Source: Podarcis bocagei | Taxonomy: Eukaryota | Length of the DNA: 64,000 nt | Strand: one strand, 5' to 3' | Assembly (NCBI GenBank): GCA_964188305.1 | Contig: OZ076897.1 | Shown: one piece after another, positions 24,746 to 36,103 of the stretch | How positions within the stretch are numbered: position 1 is the first letter of the stretch | How the letters are laid out: the number at the start of each line of letters is the position of its first letter | Position numbers and translations under genes: made by a program | The notes under the pieces: generated by a model | Database searches by the model: none | What the model was told of the DNA's origin: nothing | What the model saw: only the letters and a program-made list of their open reading frames with translations

Positions 24746-26269
24746 TCTCTGCCTGTTTCAGCTGTGCACTCACTGATGACGCTGCAAGAAAGGGCTTTCC
24801 AGCGTTGTTCCCCTGGTCTCATGTGGTCGCTGTGTGCTGAATGGGGCTGGAGGATTAATGGTGGAGAAATGGTGGAGGGGTGGGATCTGCATGTAGTTGA
24901 GAGGGCCACCACATGTGCATGTTTGTGTCTGACTGGCTGTGCCCAAATTGGCAACTCCGGGGGGAATTGCTCCAGACCCTCTGGCTATGCTTGGCCTCCT
25001 TCAGCTGGAGTTGACTTGTTTTGTCCTGTACTGACTCCCCTAGCCATTGCCTTGGATTTGGCGGCACTTGTGTGGGAGGGCTACCACTGCATCCCCCCCC
25101 CCCCCGCAGATTTGCTTACTTTGTATTGCTCTGCTCTAACATCTTTCCCCCTTTATGGCTCAAAATAATGAAACAAAAATATTTAAAAGACAAATAGAAT
25201 GAGAGGATAAGGTGACATTTTGCAAGCATGTTTTGCAGTAAGAGAGACTAGCCGAAAAACTCCTGCTAATCAAGCAGTTATTTGTGAAAGCTGTATTTAC
25301 TAACAAAAACTATATGAGCCAGATCATTAAAATATCTATAAACTATAAAAATATTCAGTATTGTTACATATATATTAACAAAATTATTATCCTATTCATG
25401 TACGATACCGGTTTGTTCCAAAGATTTCTAAAATACTTTGTACTTCAAAGACAGCAATTTCAAATATTCATTTCCATTTTCTTGATTAGCAAGTCAGCAA
25501 AATCAATCAAGTTTTTTTCAAAGCCAGGCAAAACCACATTGGATCTGCTTTCCTATTACTGCTTCACCCTTTTAAGTCATTTCAATGTTACACATCTTTC
25601 CTGCTGTGTAAGTAAGTGATAAAATGTAGATAATTATAATTTACAAGAATGGCATTAAAAGGTTGATTTAAATAGGCATGTGACTGACTATCAAAAGTTC
25701 CACCCAGGAAAAAGATGCCATCAAAACATTTTTAACAACTGTTGGAAGAACTGAAAAGTGAGGGTTCTTGATATCCTGATAACATGAAAGTTTTAAAGTT
25801 GATTAGCTGCCTTTAAAAAAATACAAACTCCTCCCTAGAAAAAGGCAAGAACAACTTTGTAAAATTACCAAGAGGTCCTGATGGCTTCCATTTCTTGGAA
25901 ATTCAGTTCTATATGTTTTATATCACACCCTCATGTCACGAACCACAAACCATAAAGTCACGCAGCACATCATTGCTTGTATTTGAAGGGGAAATGGGCA
26001 CAAGTGATCCCCATAGCTTTCTACTGAGATTTCTTGTCTCTCTGCCCGTCCTCAGCTGGTCCTACTGTCACTCTGCTAGATGCACAGCAAGGCATTCCCG
26101 AGAGCAGAGGAGCCCCCATTCTGCATGGATCATGTGAAAGGGATCCCACAAGGAAGCCTGCGCATCAGCACCTGCTCATGCGCAGCCTTCCAAACAACAG
26201 GGATTCCTGATGATGCAGGGATCCCAGCTGGGATCATCTGTATGGATGGTTATATATGAGCAGCTACTC

Positions 26270-26560
26270 AGACAATGGTGCAGACACCATGTCCACATGC
26301 CACTGTCACGAAGCAGAGGCAGCAGCGCATGAAGGGAGCTCATATGCCTTGCACTGCACCTGGCACTGGAGCCACAAGGAATGAGGTCCTTCCAAATTTC
26401 ACAGGCAACCATCTAGCAGTTCACATGCCTTTCCAGTCCCTGGCCCACAGCACGATTCTGACATGGACCGACATGGAGAAAGTATGATAAAGTGTGAGGG
26501 GGTTGAAGAAATGAAGACTTGCCTGCCTTTGGGATATCCAAAGGAACCCACCACCATCTC
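26270..26560 (+). pseudogene. Decayed Myb/SANT-like (trihelix) coding fossil, copy 2
   Basis: With frameshifts it reads TRNEVL...FQSLAH...TWTDM/RKYDKV...MKTC/..WDIQR. Confidence 0.45.
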
Positions 26561-26594
26561 AGGCAATACGGGATTCACATACCAAACATGCAAT

Positions 26595-26831
26595 TGTCAG
26601 GGGCTGTTCTGATCTCTGGACAGCCGCAGCCTGTCTAACTTGCAGGCAGCAAATTCTGAACTGACTCTGCCCACCTAGGCTGGTCTTTGGATCCTCCTGG
26701 CTTCCGGCTTGCTTCTTGACCTTGCACTTTTGTTTGTTCTTCAGTCCTGACTTAATATTTGGTCCTGACTCCTGGTTTCACCCATGGCTCCTGCCTCAAC
26801 TCAGACCACTGGCCATGTCCCAGCCCTCACA
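26595..26831. mobile_element. Possible short decayed solo LTR
   Basis: TG...CA ends with inverted termini TGTCAGGGGCT / AGCCCTCACA and a pyrimidine-rich TGAC-repeating interior. TSD not preserved. Confidence 0.3.
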
Positions 26832-27230
26832 TCAAGGGACTCAGACCTACTGGGGAAGTACTGGGAAGATCCCTCCCCATTTCCCACAACATTGTAAATC
26901 TCGGTCTTCTGTTGACTGGAAAATGACCCAAAGGACGGAGGAAAATAACTCTGAGTTCTTAAGCTCCTTAGGGGAATCAATGAGCTCCACTGTTGATTGG
27001 GAAAGAACCTTGCAAACCGATTCTGGTTGTCCATGCAGGCATGGAATTCACTGTGGTGTATCTGAATGGAGAAAAAGTCCAGATTTCTAACATTAAAGGG
27101 AGGTATTTTTCAGACTCCTTTCTCTGTTTCTAGGGGACTGCTGAGCCCCAGCTGGTACAAGCTACTTCTGTTGCTAGCACTGCAAGAAAATGGCCCTAGC
27201 CTTATCTGCACTAAATGTTAAAGGAAGCTG

Positions 27231-29289
27231 TAGGATCCAATAATAAGGGGACTTCCGCCGCAGCGAAGGTGGGGACCCGCTAGAAATCCCAGGCGGAGGA
27301 AGCCTGGGAATGTGGGGTTCAGCAGGGCACCAGGAGTGCCCCCTACTCACCGGGAACCCCTTTTTGGGGCACCGGAGCGAAGTGGGGTGAGTGGCGCGGT
27401 GCTGCGAACTGATTGCTATTTTTACGGAGTGAAGCCGCACAGCCATTGCCGGAGAGCGCTGACTTTTTCCTGTGGACAATTGGATTCAAAACAAGTACCC
27501 GTGAGTAGAAACGGAAAATTGGATCAAGAAATATCTTAATTTGGCATCGAAGCGGGAAGGTTCAAAACAGGAAGTCCGCCTTCCGCTTTTTGTATATAGA
27601 CTAAAGCAAAAACTTTGTAAGCTAAAGCCTGGAAAGGTGTGAAAAAAGTCTAATTTCCTTCATTTATAATTACTGAAACCCCCTTGGAAGTAGGAGAAAA
27701 GGGGGGAGAACTTTGTTTAACCCCTGCAGGAGAGGGAGAGAAGAAGGATAAACTTCCACCGTCTCTAACCTGGGAACGGGGTGTCAGAGACAGAAATAGT
27801 TGGAAAGGTTCATTGACTGTGAATGGAACATTTTGACAGATAGCTAAAGAAGAGAAATAGACTGATTCCAATGTTGCCTTTTGCATTCTAAAGAAACAAA
27901 ATATCTGAAAAATATCTGAAAAATGAAAGTAATTTTCCTTTGTTGGACTTGCCTTAAAAAAATGGATACAAATAGAAATTGCCTCCCCTAGAGGGAGCTT
28001 GTTAAATTGTTGCTGCAGTTTACTTGAGGACTCAACAGCTGTGAGATTAAGATCGTGGGTCCAGTCTTTTCTGACTTTGACTAAAGATGAGCTGGGAGGA
28101 AGATTGGGTGCTTGCTTTATGCAAGACAAGTGCTTTGCTGGAACAGATGCACGAGAAGATGGATTTGATGAATGAGAAAATGGACTTGATGACTGTTGTG
28201 GTTAACAACTGTGGACAAACAGGGAATATTGATACAGAAACTATTCAGGGACCAACTCAGGAACCTGTACTGACTGGGCAAGTGCAGAAGATAATGGAGG
28301 AGGATGCGGTTGCACCTCAAATAATACAAATGGAGAAACCCGAGGCCCTACAGGAGTATAAGCCGCTGTCATTGAAGATTGAAGTTGGAGTGGGCCAGGG
28401 GGAGTCTGGAGCTGAGGAGGGTCCTAACTTTGGAGAGACCTTGAAATATGTTTTTAAATATTTTTTGGATTACATTGATGACTGTGGGGAGTGGGGCTGT
28501 GGGGAATGGGCGGGTTTGATGAAGGGAGATGGAGACAATTTTGGGTTGGAACCCCCCAGAGACCTACTCCTCAATGAGAAAGGAAAGAAATTAAGAAAGA
28601 GACCAACAAATGACAAGGAAAAGGGCAAGTATAAACAAGAAGAAGATCTGCAGAAGGGACATGGAAGAGACTTAAGGGCCTCGGACATTAGATTACCAGG
28701 TTGATGGACTAGATGGAATGGACAGTAAGGACTGACACGACCCGAGACCAGGAAGAAGAGACGTTGGATGAAGATTGGAAGAAAATTTATAAAGAAATTT
28801 TTTTATTTGGGGAATTAGCCTAAAATCAATGAATATTAAGGAAAATGTTGGAATGAAACTATATGACTCTAGCAGAAATGATATTAGGGGTTATGTATAT
28901 TTGAGTATTAAGATTCAAGCTTTAAGGTACTTTATGGTAAGATAAGGTTAAATAAATTAAGGTAATTTGAATAACAGAATAGGTTAAATTGTTAAGATAA
29001 ATTATTTAACAAAAATTGAGAAAGATGGAAAGAATTTGCTGAAATAACGAATTAAACTAGAATACAAAAAGGGAGGTGTGAGGAGGTCAATGAAACAAGC
29101 AAATGGAAGTTAAAGATATGAAATTTGGGATTTGTGTCTTTTTTATTTTTTTTGTTGTATTGCTTGCTGTATTGGTTTTTATGTTTTGCGCTTTTTCTTC
29201 TTTTTTATGTGTTGTAGTGTTGTTGTTTTTGCTATTTTTTCTTTTTTTCTATTACTCTGAAACTATGAAAAAATATTATTTTTTAAAAA
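27231..29289 (+). mobile_element. Full-length non-autonomous L1-like retroelement (about 2.06 kb)
   Basis: Perfect 18-bp TSD AAATGTTAAAGGAAGCTG at 27213-27230 and 29290-29307. 5' GGGGACTTCCG with a CpG-rich leader, A-rich body, T-rich 3' UTR and short A tail. Confidence 0.85.
28087..28704 (+). CDS. 205-aa ORF inside the L1-like element; coiled-coil-like N terminus, acidic middle, basic C terminus; function unknown
   Basis: True ATG start (aaagATGa), uninterrupted frame on the element's sense strand, heptad pattern LLEQMHEKMDLMNEKMDLM. Confidence 0.5.
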   Translation: MSWEEDWVLALCKTSALLEQMHEKMDLMNEKMDLMTVVVNNCGQTGNIDTETIQGPTQEPVLTGQVQKIMEEDAVAPQIIQMEKPEALQEYKPLSLKIEVGVGQGESGAEEGPNFGETLKYVFKYFLDYIDDCGEWGCGEWAGLMKGDGDNFGLEPPRDLLLNEKGKKLRKRPTNDKEKGKYKQEEDLQKGHGRDLRASDIRLPG

Positions 29290-29632
29290 AAATGTTAAAG
29301 GAAGCTGAAATATTTGTTAATCCCTCATTATGATGTTATAGTAACTCCTAAAATATCACTGATCAGCAACCAGACCTTCCAACATGACACAAAACAGCCC
29401 GGGTCAGATGAGGAACAAGAATGTGATTTAGATACTTCAGTAAGTTTTAATTTACAAAATAAATAAATAATCTATAGCAGCATCTCACTATGATGGAAAC
29501 ACCAGTGGAAGGACTGGTTAAAGCACCCCAAATATAATAGCCAGGAAAATCATTAGCAGATATCACTGGGGAAGGAGCAGAGCAAGAGCAAGGCATGCTG
29601 CTCATTCATATCCTTTTCAAAACTAGTTGAAT

Positions 29633-30100
29633 GCAGTAGTCGCCAACCTTTTGGGGTCTGTGGGCACATATACTCCATATTTGTGAGAATGTGCTGTGGG
29701 TACTAGTCACAAAATGGCTGCCATGAGGGGATGATATAGCACAAAAAGTGCCACACCCAAAAGAATAGAAAAAGAGACTGGAACACAACATTATGCAAAC
29801 CTGAAAATGTTAATTAACAAAAATGTTTGAAGCATAGAAAGTCAAACACAGTCTAGGGATCTCCTTTTCCAAACACTGCTTAGCCTTTTCTGTTGTGCTG
29901 CCTCAGCTAGCAAAAGAAAGTTCATTTTTTAAGTCGAAGGCCCTCAGGAGCTTACCTGGGAGTACAGTGCCCCCCCCTGAGCTTACAGGCAAACATGAAC
30001 AGAACTGAGATGTTAAATCTGAAGATGGCTGCGCTGGCGGAAGAGGCATTTTCCCTGCAACACTCCTTCTCCACAGGCTGCCACCAGCTCTTCTTCCACC
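29633..30100. mobile_element. Decayed hAT-type element; right boundary uncertain
   Basis: Begins CAGTAGTCGCCAACCTTTTGGGG, a Charlie-like terminus. I did not find the matching TIR or a TSD. Confidence 0.4.
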
Positions 30101-31072
30101 TTATCTGGTCACACAAATTACACATTCATTGGGTTGCCAGCAAAGACTATCATGCCTGCCATAAGATTTTAAATTGTGTCTTGCTGTTTGGGAGCATGGT
30201 GAGTTCATAACCTTTTTCATTTTAATACTGAAACATTCCTGTCTATTTAACTCTCCAGTCCCCCAGAAAATAAACAGTTCAGGGACCAAGAGACATGCTT
30301 GTTTGCAGGAAAAGAAATTATTGAGTTTGCTGCTTAAAACACAGTAGCTATTAACTTGGCTTCTGCTCTAGCAGTATCTACAGCAATAAGCCAGCAGGAT
30401 GACAGGCACAGGTGCCCCCACCCCAGTTTTTAAAAACAAACCAGCAGAGCATCCCTGCCCTTCCCCAGTGCTGGCAGAATCCATGCTGCAGTGAGCAGGG
30501 AAGCTGGGCCAGCTCTTGCTGATTGCCTGCTATAATGAGCCCCAGCTGCAGGGACCCACTCCAGGGCTGTCAGTGTTGGCCCTTTTCTCAGCCCGAGAAT
30601 GAGTTGTCTTTCTTCCTGGTTGAAAGGTCTTAACTCCTCCACTGCCAGAGTTCTGCCCATGATATTTAATTTAAAAACCACAGATAGTCATGGCAACTTA
30701 CAGGTTAACAGATTTCTTTATGACACCACAATATTGTTTCTTATTCTCACTGCAACAGAGCAACATGGTGACCTCTCCAAAAAGAATTCAGAAGCGTTTG
30801 GAAAATAACCTGCTTGCTCCTTTGAAACAGTCTTCCTTTTAAATTAGCCACTACAGTAGTTCACTCCTAAGAAATAGTGTTGCCACTTGTCTATTTGAAT
30901 AATGGTTAGATTAAAAATACCCTGATAAACTTTCAAATACACACATACTGCCATGGAATTCTGAGGCTCCTGTACAGTCAAAACAGCTGCAGAAATTTCA
31001 AAGGAAGCTTTAAACACAATTGGTGCAGCCCTTTGCATTTGTGGCAACTCTTTTGTTTTAGTCACCTTACAG

Positions 31073-31278
31073 CAGAGCGATCCAAACTGTGTGTCATGAC
31101 CTGTTAGTGTGTCAGCTGCAGTGTGTAGGTGTGTTGCACAAACACTCCCCGGGCTTCTCCCAGATCTGGAAAGGGGTTAGTTCAACCTCCGGTTTGCTAG
31201 TAAAATTGAGTTACTGTGTCATGAAATGATGCATGTCCAAAAAGTCTGCCACCAACATGAAAAGTCTGGAAAGCTCTG
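31073..31278. mobile_element. hAT MITE
   Basis: TIRs CAGAGCGATCCAAACT ... AGTCTGGAAAGCTCTG. Perfect 8-bp TSD CCTTACAG at 31065-31072 and 31279-31286. Confidence 0.9.
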
Positions 31279-33379
31279 CCTTACAGATTGAGATGTTAAA
31301 AGCACACAAAGATCTACCACTGATTTGCAGAACAAGCTAAGCCAAAGCTTGGCTCCTGGAGTGTTTGCAGCTGCTTTGCTCCTTTCTGGTCCTTCTTGTT
31401 GCTGTGCTGTGCCAAGAGAAGGTTCCATTGGGGGCGCCTGGTTAGTGAAGACAGAGCTTAATCCTGAGCCTCAGATCTGATGACACACTCAGTGCAGTGC
31501 AGCAGCAAAACAAGACAGCAGAGGCATGAACCTGCTGGAAGTTCCTCTCTTGTCTCGCTAAAGCAAGCTTTGGCTTAGTGTGCCATGCAAACCAAGCCCT
31601 TGGGTGAACGCCACTTCCACAAATACAACTTTTTAAAAAAAAAAAATGAACAGGGAAATTAAATATTTGAATTTGAACATTTCAGTTTGAACAAAGGCTA
31701 GACTAAAAAATGCCCTTATTTTCACTTATTCACTTATACTGTAGTTATACAGCAATGCGTCCTCATATCACGGCATTAATACAGAAGCTCAAACAAAGAT
31801 GCCACTACTTCTTAGCATACACATCACTGACATCCAGCAAAGTTGGAGGGCATTTACAGTATCTCTATAAATCATCAACTCGGTGCTTAAATGTGATACA
31901 GTGCCAGCTCTGAACTACCCAAAACGGGGAAGGACTTCTGCTCATGTGGCTATCCAAGTATCCTCCAGAACTGCCAAATAATGGCTCCCAGATATTTGAC
32001 AGCTGTCTGCTGCTCTGTTTGATCCCATCATATCAGTGCTAAAATGGCAGTCAACTTCTGTTGAAGGCTGCTTGGTGGTAATATCCAGAGACGGAGTTTT
32101 GTCTGAATTATTAGATCAATGCATTCTACTCTTTGGCTGACCAAACTGAAGAGCACCTGCAGCATCAGGAGTCCAGCCAGGAGGATAATACTGCTGGCAT
32201 ATGAAAAGGGTTCAGAGCATGTCAATCCAGTTGACTGCTACCTTCCTTGTTTATTCATCAGCAAATCAACAGAGCTATTGACAATGACAGAAGAACACGG
32301 CAATGCTGAACATTGTCCCATCTGATGGCTCCCTATTTTGGCAGCAGGGAAGCGAGTTGTGCTCACTTCCTTTCAGCCAACAGAATTTACCCACTTCCAT
32401 GTATTTTACAAAGATAGGGGACACAAACCTGCAGAGCCTCCTGCTTTTCACCCAGACTGAGAGGGTGAGAATATCAGAGAATAAATGTAGTCTCTTCTGG
32501 TCTGTTACATTTCTCAATATATATTTTGCATCAAATACACATGAATTTCTTATACCTGAGGAAAAGCAATGTGCAACATTTTAATTCATGGAATTCTGGA
32601 TATATTATCTTCTTAAGAGAGATATTTGTTTTTGCTGCCCAAATTGCTTACATACAAGATCACCACAAAGTGTCCTGCCTTACAGATGAATTATTATTGT
32701 ACCTTGTAGACAGTGGACATTCTGAAAATTTGAGGGCAGACATTACTGAGTCTTCTTACACACAGAGAGTTTGTTTTAGAATGATATCTTTCAAAATTGT
32801 GCTTTTTGCTCATTTTTTAAGAAATCTTTTGGAAATCATAATCCTCAGGGTTAGTCATAGTCCAGGGGCCATAATGAGACATTCAGAAATCACACTGTTT
32901 GTGATTCAGAGCACACCGTAAAAGCATTATGAGAGAAATCTGCCTCCAGCTATTTCAGATGGGAGAGTTTCCTCTCCTCCTGCCAAACACTAAGTTCCAT
33001 GAGTTTGCTTTTGTGCCACTTGAAGACCTCGTGGCTATGCTATCAGCCATGAAGGGGAAGACTTGCTCTCCTTTTCCTTCCTCGTTATACTAAATGCCTG
33101 CTTAGGCTATAAGAGTTGTCCTCCTCAGTTGTCCTTCCCCTCTGTTCTCACAACTTAATACAGTTTCCTTCTTCCCTGGTCTTTCACTCCAACCTCTATA
33201 TAGTGCTAGTAGCACCACACCAGCAAGGCACATCCAGAGTTGTGTGGGTGAATCTTCCAATAATGCTCAGAATGCTCAGCCTTAAAAATAGATGGATGCT
33301 GATGGGGAAAAGCCCCTGCAATTGTGTCATCTCCCTCTATATGTATACACAGACACTACATTACTGAAGTAAGAGGCAA

Positions 33380-33765
33380 TGGCTGTGTTTGGACATCACA
33401 GTAAACCATGCTTCATTATGATGAGAACCACCATAGCAAACCTAAGGCTTCCTGTCCCCTCTCCTTGCTCAGCACCCCCTTGCAGACTTTGGTAACTTCC
33501 ATGTCCATTTTTTAACTGCAGCTCAACAATGGCTCATTTGAAATAAGTCAACCTGCATCAACAAACTATAGTTAAGATAAACTATAGTTTGGGATCTGGA
33601 TATAACACTAAACTGATGTTACAAAAAAAGAAAAAGAAATGAAAGCTTGTGAACCCCTCCTCAGAGCTCTGCCAGAAGAAGAGAGGAAGAGTCCTCATGC
33701 CCAGGGCTTGCTGCAGCTCATTTCCATAATGATAAGCCGTGGCTTTTCATTACATCATAATCATC
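33380..33765. mobile_element. Decayed palindromic MITE cluster (Harbinger-like); related pieces at about 31465-31600 and 50195-50345
   Basis: GGCTGTGTTTGGACATCAC-type termini and recurring AAACTATAGTTT/AAACCATG palindromes. Confidence 0.4.
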
Positions 33766-34815
33766 TTCATTGTTGTTGTTATGCTTATTATTTTGATTTC
33801 TTACCTGCCCTTCACTATATGGTCTCAGTTACAGCAATTCAAAAATACATTAAAAACAGTCTAAAACAGATTTCAGTCTCAAGAATAGGATAGGTCCTAA
33901 AACTGTCTGTCTCAGGTATGAAAGGTCAGGGTAAAAAGGCACATCTTCAGCACAAGACAGAAACTAATGAAGGTGCCAGACACACTTCTGTGGGAAAGGA
34001 ATTCCTGCTACCCTTCACAGATATGACCGCCCCACTCCCCATGTCCCTGTCTCCAACCTATAATTCCCTTAACCCACCTCTAATCATAGTAAAAGAATGC
34101 AGGGGTGGTGCTCTTGTGCCAACCCAAAAGGGACCATTGCTCTTGGTGTTGGACCACTGCTTGACAACAACACAGGCTTATCTTGCTTCCAGGAGCCAGG
34201 TGTTCCAGGTTCATGTCTGGTGCTGCTTCTGACCTGTGGACCAGAATTTGTTACAGAGGGAAGATCAATTTCTCAGCCAGTGGGGGCTGCCAATGAAACC
34301 CCCCCAACTTCCTTCTCACTCACTGGCTGAGAGCAACCTGATCGACCAGTGTTTCTCCTCTGAACAGTGTCAGGTGGTTTGATCTTATTCTTGAAATTGA
34401 TCCCACTGTGTTCAGTGGAAGTTAATCCCCAAAGCGAGCATGCATGCGACTTGAAGCTCCGGCGTGTTTGTCACAGGGTACTACGGGCATAAAACTGAAT
34501 AAGACATGGAAATCTAGGGGATCACCAAGATGTTGGCAAATGTTGGGACACTGATCCCAGAACTTTCTCAGTCCACTTTGTATAGGTTTGACTTGATATC
34601 TCCTTGGTGTGAATAGCTGTTTTCTCCACTGCTTTTCTTGCCTGTATCTCTGGAAATCATAAGAGCTTGTTCAGTTTCACTCAACATTTCCATAGCTGTT
34701 TTGTCCAAATATGGATCTCAGACTTTAGATTAAATTTAGTGGGAACTGTGATTTGTTGCTTAATAAGCCAAAATATTAAAATCACACAAACAGTAATAGG
34801 TAAATGGCATTTGAT

Positions 34816-35759
34816 CATAGCTGTCAACTTACAGACTTGAAAATAAGGGATCAGCAGCCTCAAAAATAAGGGACCAGCAGCCAAAATAAGGGATTTTAGT
34901 CAACCAGCTGAAATACAAAGTTAAAAGGGCCCAGATAATTTTGAAGAGCAGCGCCGGTTTTTAGCCCTTCGTTTCCAGAGGTTGCTGCTCAAGACACCAG
35001 CTGATGAAACACTGCAATTAAATAACTACAAGCAGCAACTACTTTTCGCGCAAAACGAAGTCCAAGTTATGAAGATGCTGCTGCAGTTCTGTATCTTTTC
35101 TCTCGTGCTCCATCTGCAGCTCTCAGTTCCATCAGGCGGGGCAGGAGGAAGGGGGGGAATAGCGCCCGGAGTAAACCCGCAGATCAGACCATCTATGCTA
35201 GTCTACCACTACAAATCTATGGGAGAAGCGCTTGCGGTCCTTCCTCCACTTTCCCCCTCTATGGTTAGCCCTTGGAACACCTGCCGGTGCCTCCACCTCC
35301 TCCTCCTCTCTCTGAACTGCTTTCTCTATGGTTGCCCTCGCTCTCAATTCATACGCCGCACCAGGCTGCCCATCTCATCTGGGTCCTTCAGCGGCGCAGC
35401 CGCAGTGCGGCCTAGTGGGAGCGGCGGCGATGGGCAGAGGGGAGCCCCAGGCAGAGAAGCTCAATTCGGCAGCTGCGAGGATGGCGGTGGAAGGGCCCGA
35501 GGCTCCCGCCAGTCCCGGCGGGGAGGGGCTCCCGGGGGCCAAGGCTGGTGAGAGGAGGCCGGAGGGGGGTGGGCCGGGCAGCCAAGCAACACAGTTGGAG
35601 CCTCCCTCCTCCCTGGCCGGCAGGGAGGGAGGGAGGGAGAGGAGCTGCTTCCTTTGAAACCCAGGAAATTTAAGGGACATCATCAATAAGTGACAGCAGC
35701 AGGACACGGCGCTGGGATAAGGGAGTTTCCCACCTAATAAGGGACGGTTGACAGCTATG
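34816..35759. mobile_element. Young non-autonomous hAT element, 944 bp, CpG-rich interior
   Basis: Perfect 13-bp TIRs CATAGCTGTCAAC / GTTGACAGCTATG. Perfect 8-bp TSD CATTTGAT at 34808-34815 and 35760-35767. Subterminal TAAGGGA repeats at both ends. Confidence 0.95.
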
Positions 35760-36059
35760 CATTTGATAGTTTTAATCAAAACTGAGGAATTGAATCTTAA
35801 GGGCAAAATCCTTCCATTAAGTATGAGCAGGGCTACTTTGGGATAATAATATCCAGATGTTCATTTTCTTCTTATTGTTTATACTTTTTCTTGTTTTCTG
35901 AAAATCATAAAATGTATTACATTTAAAAATTATGAGCAGGGATATCCTGTTATAAGAAGGGTCCCATTTATTTCAACTGATAAATGCAAGAGTTACTATA
36001 TGCTGGAATGCAACCTAAATGGTTTGATCTTTCTGACTAAGTGGGGAAAACAGGTTTAT

Positions 36060-36062
<3 letters not shown>

Positions 36063-36100
<38 letters not shown>
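36063..36100. repeat. (AT)n microsatellite
   Basis: Read directly. Confidence 0.95.

Positions 36101-36103
<3 letters not shown>

Noticed and set aside
26380-26450. Minus-strand reading resembling the Harbinger transposase ERAFG..KARWRCL motif
   Set aside because: It needs several frameshifts and has no flanking DDE motifs. The plus-strand Myb-like reading is better supported because it is shared with the 24.5-kb copy.
32548-32575. Possible recursive splice site on the minus strand (ttgcttttcctcAG|GTATAA)
   Set aside because: The acceptor is plausible, but the regenerated donor lacks the +4A/+5G consensus. Such matches are expected by chance in 55 kb.
34982-35806. Overlapping 109-189 aa Gly/Pro/Ala-rich ORFs, and the idea of a host gene promoter or first exon
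   Set aside because: They lie essentially inside a TIR/TSD-bounded hAT element. The open frames reflect high GC, and there are no transposase or other motifs.
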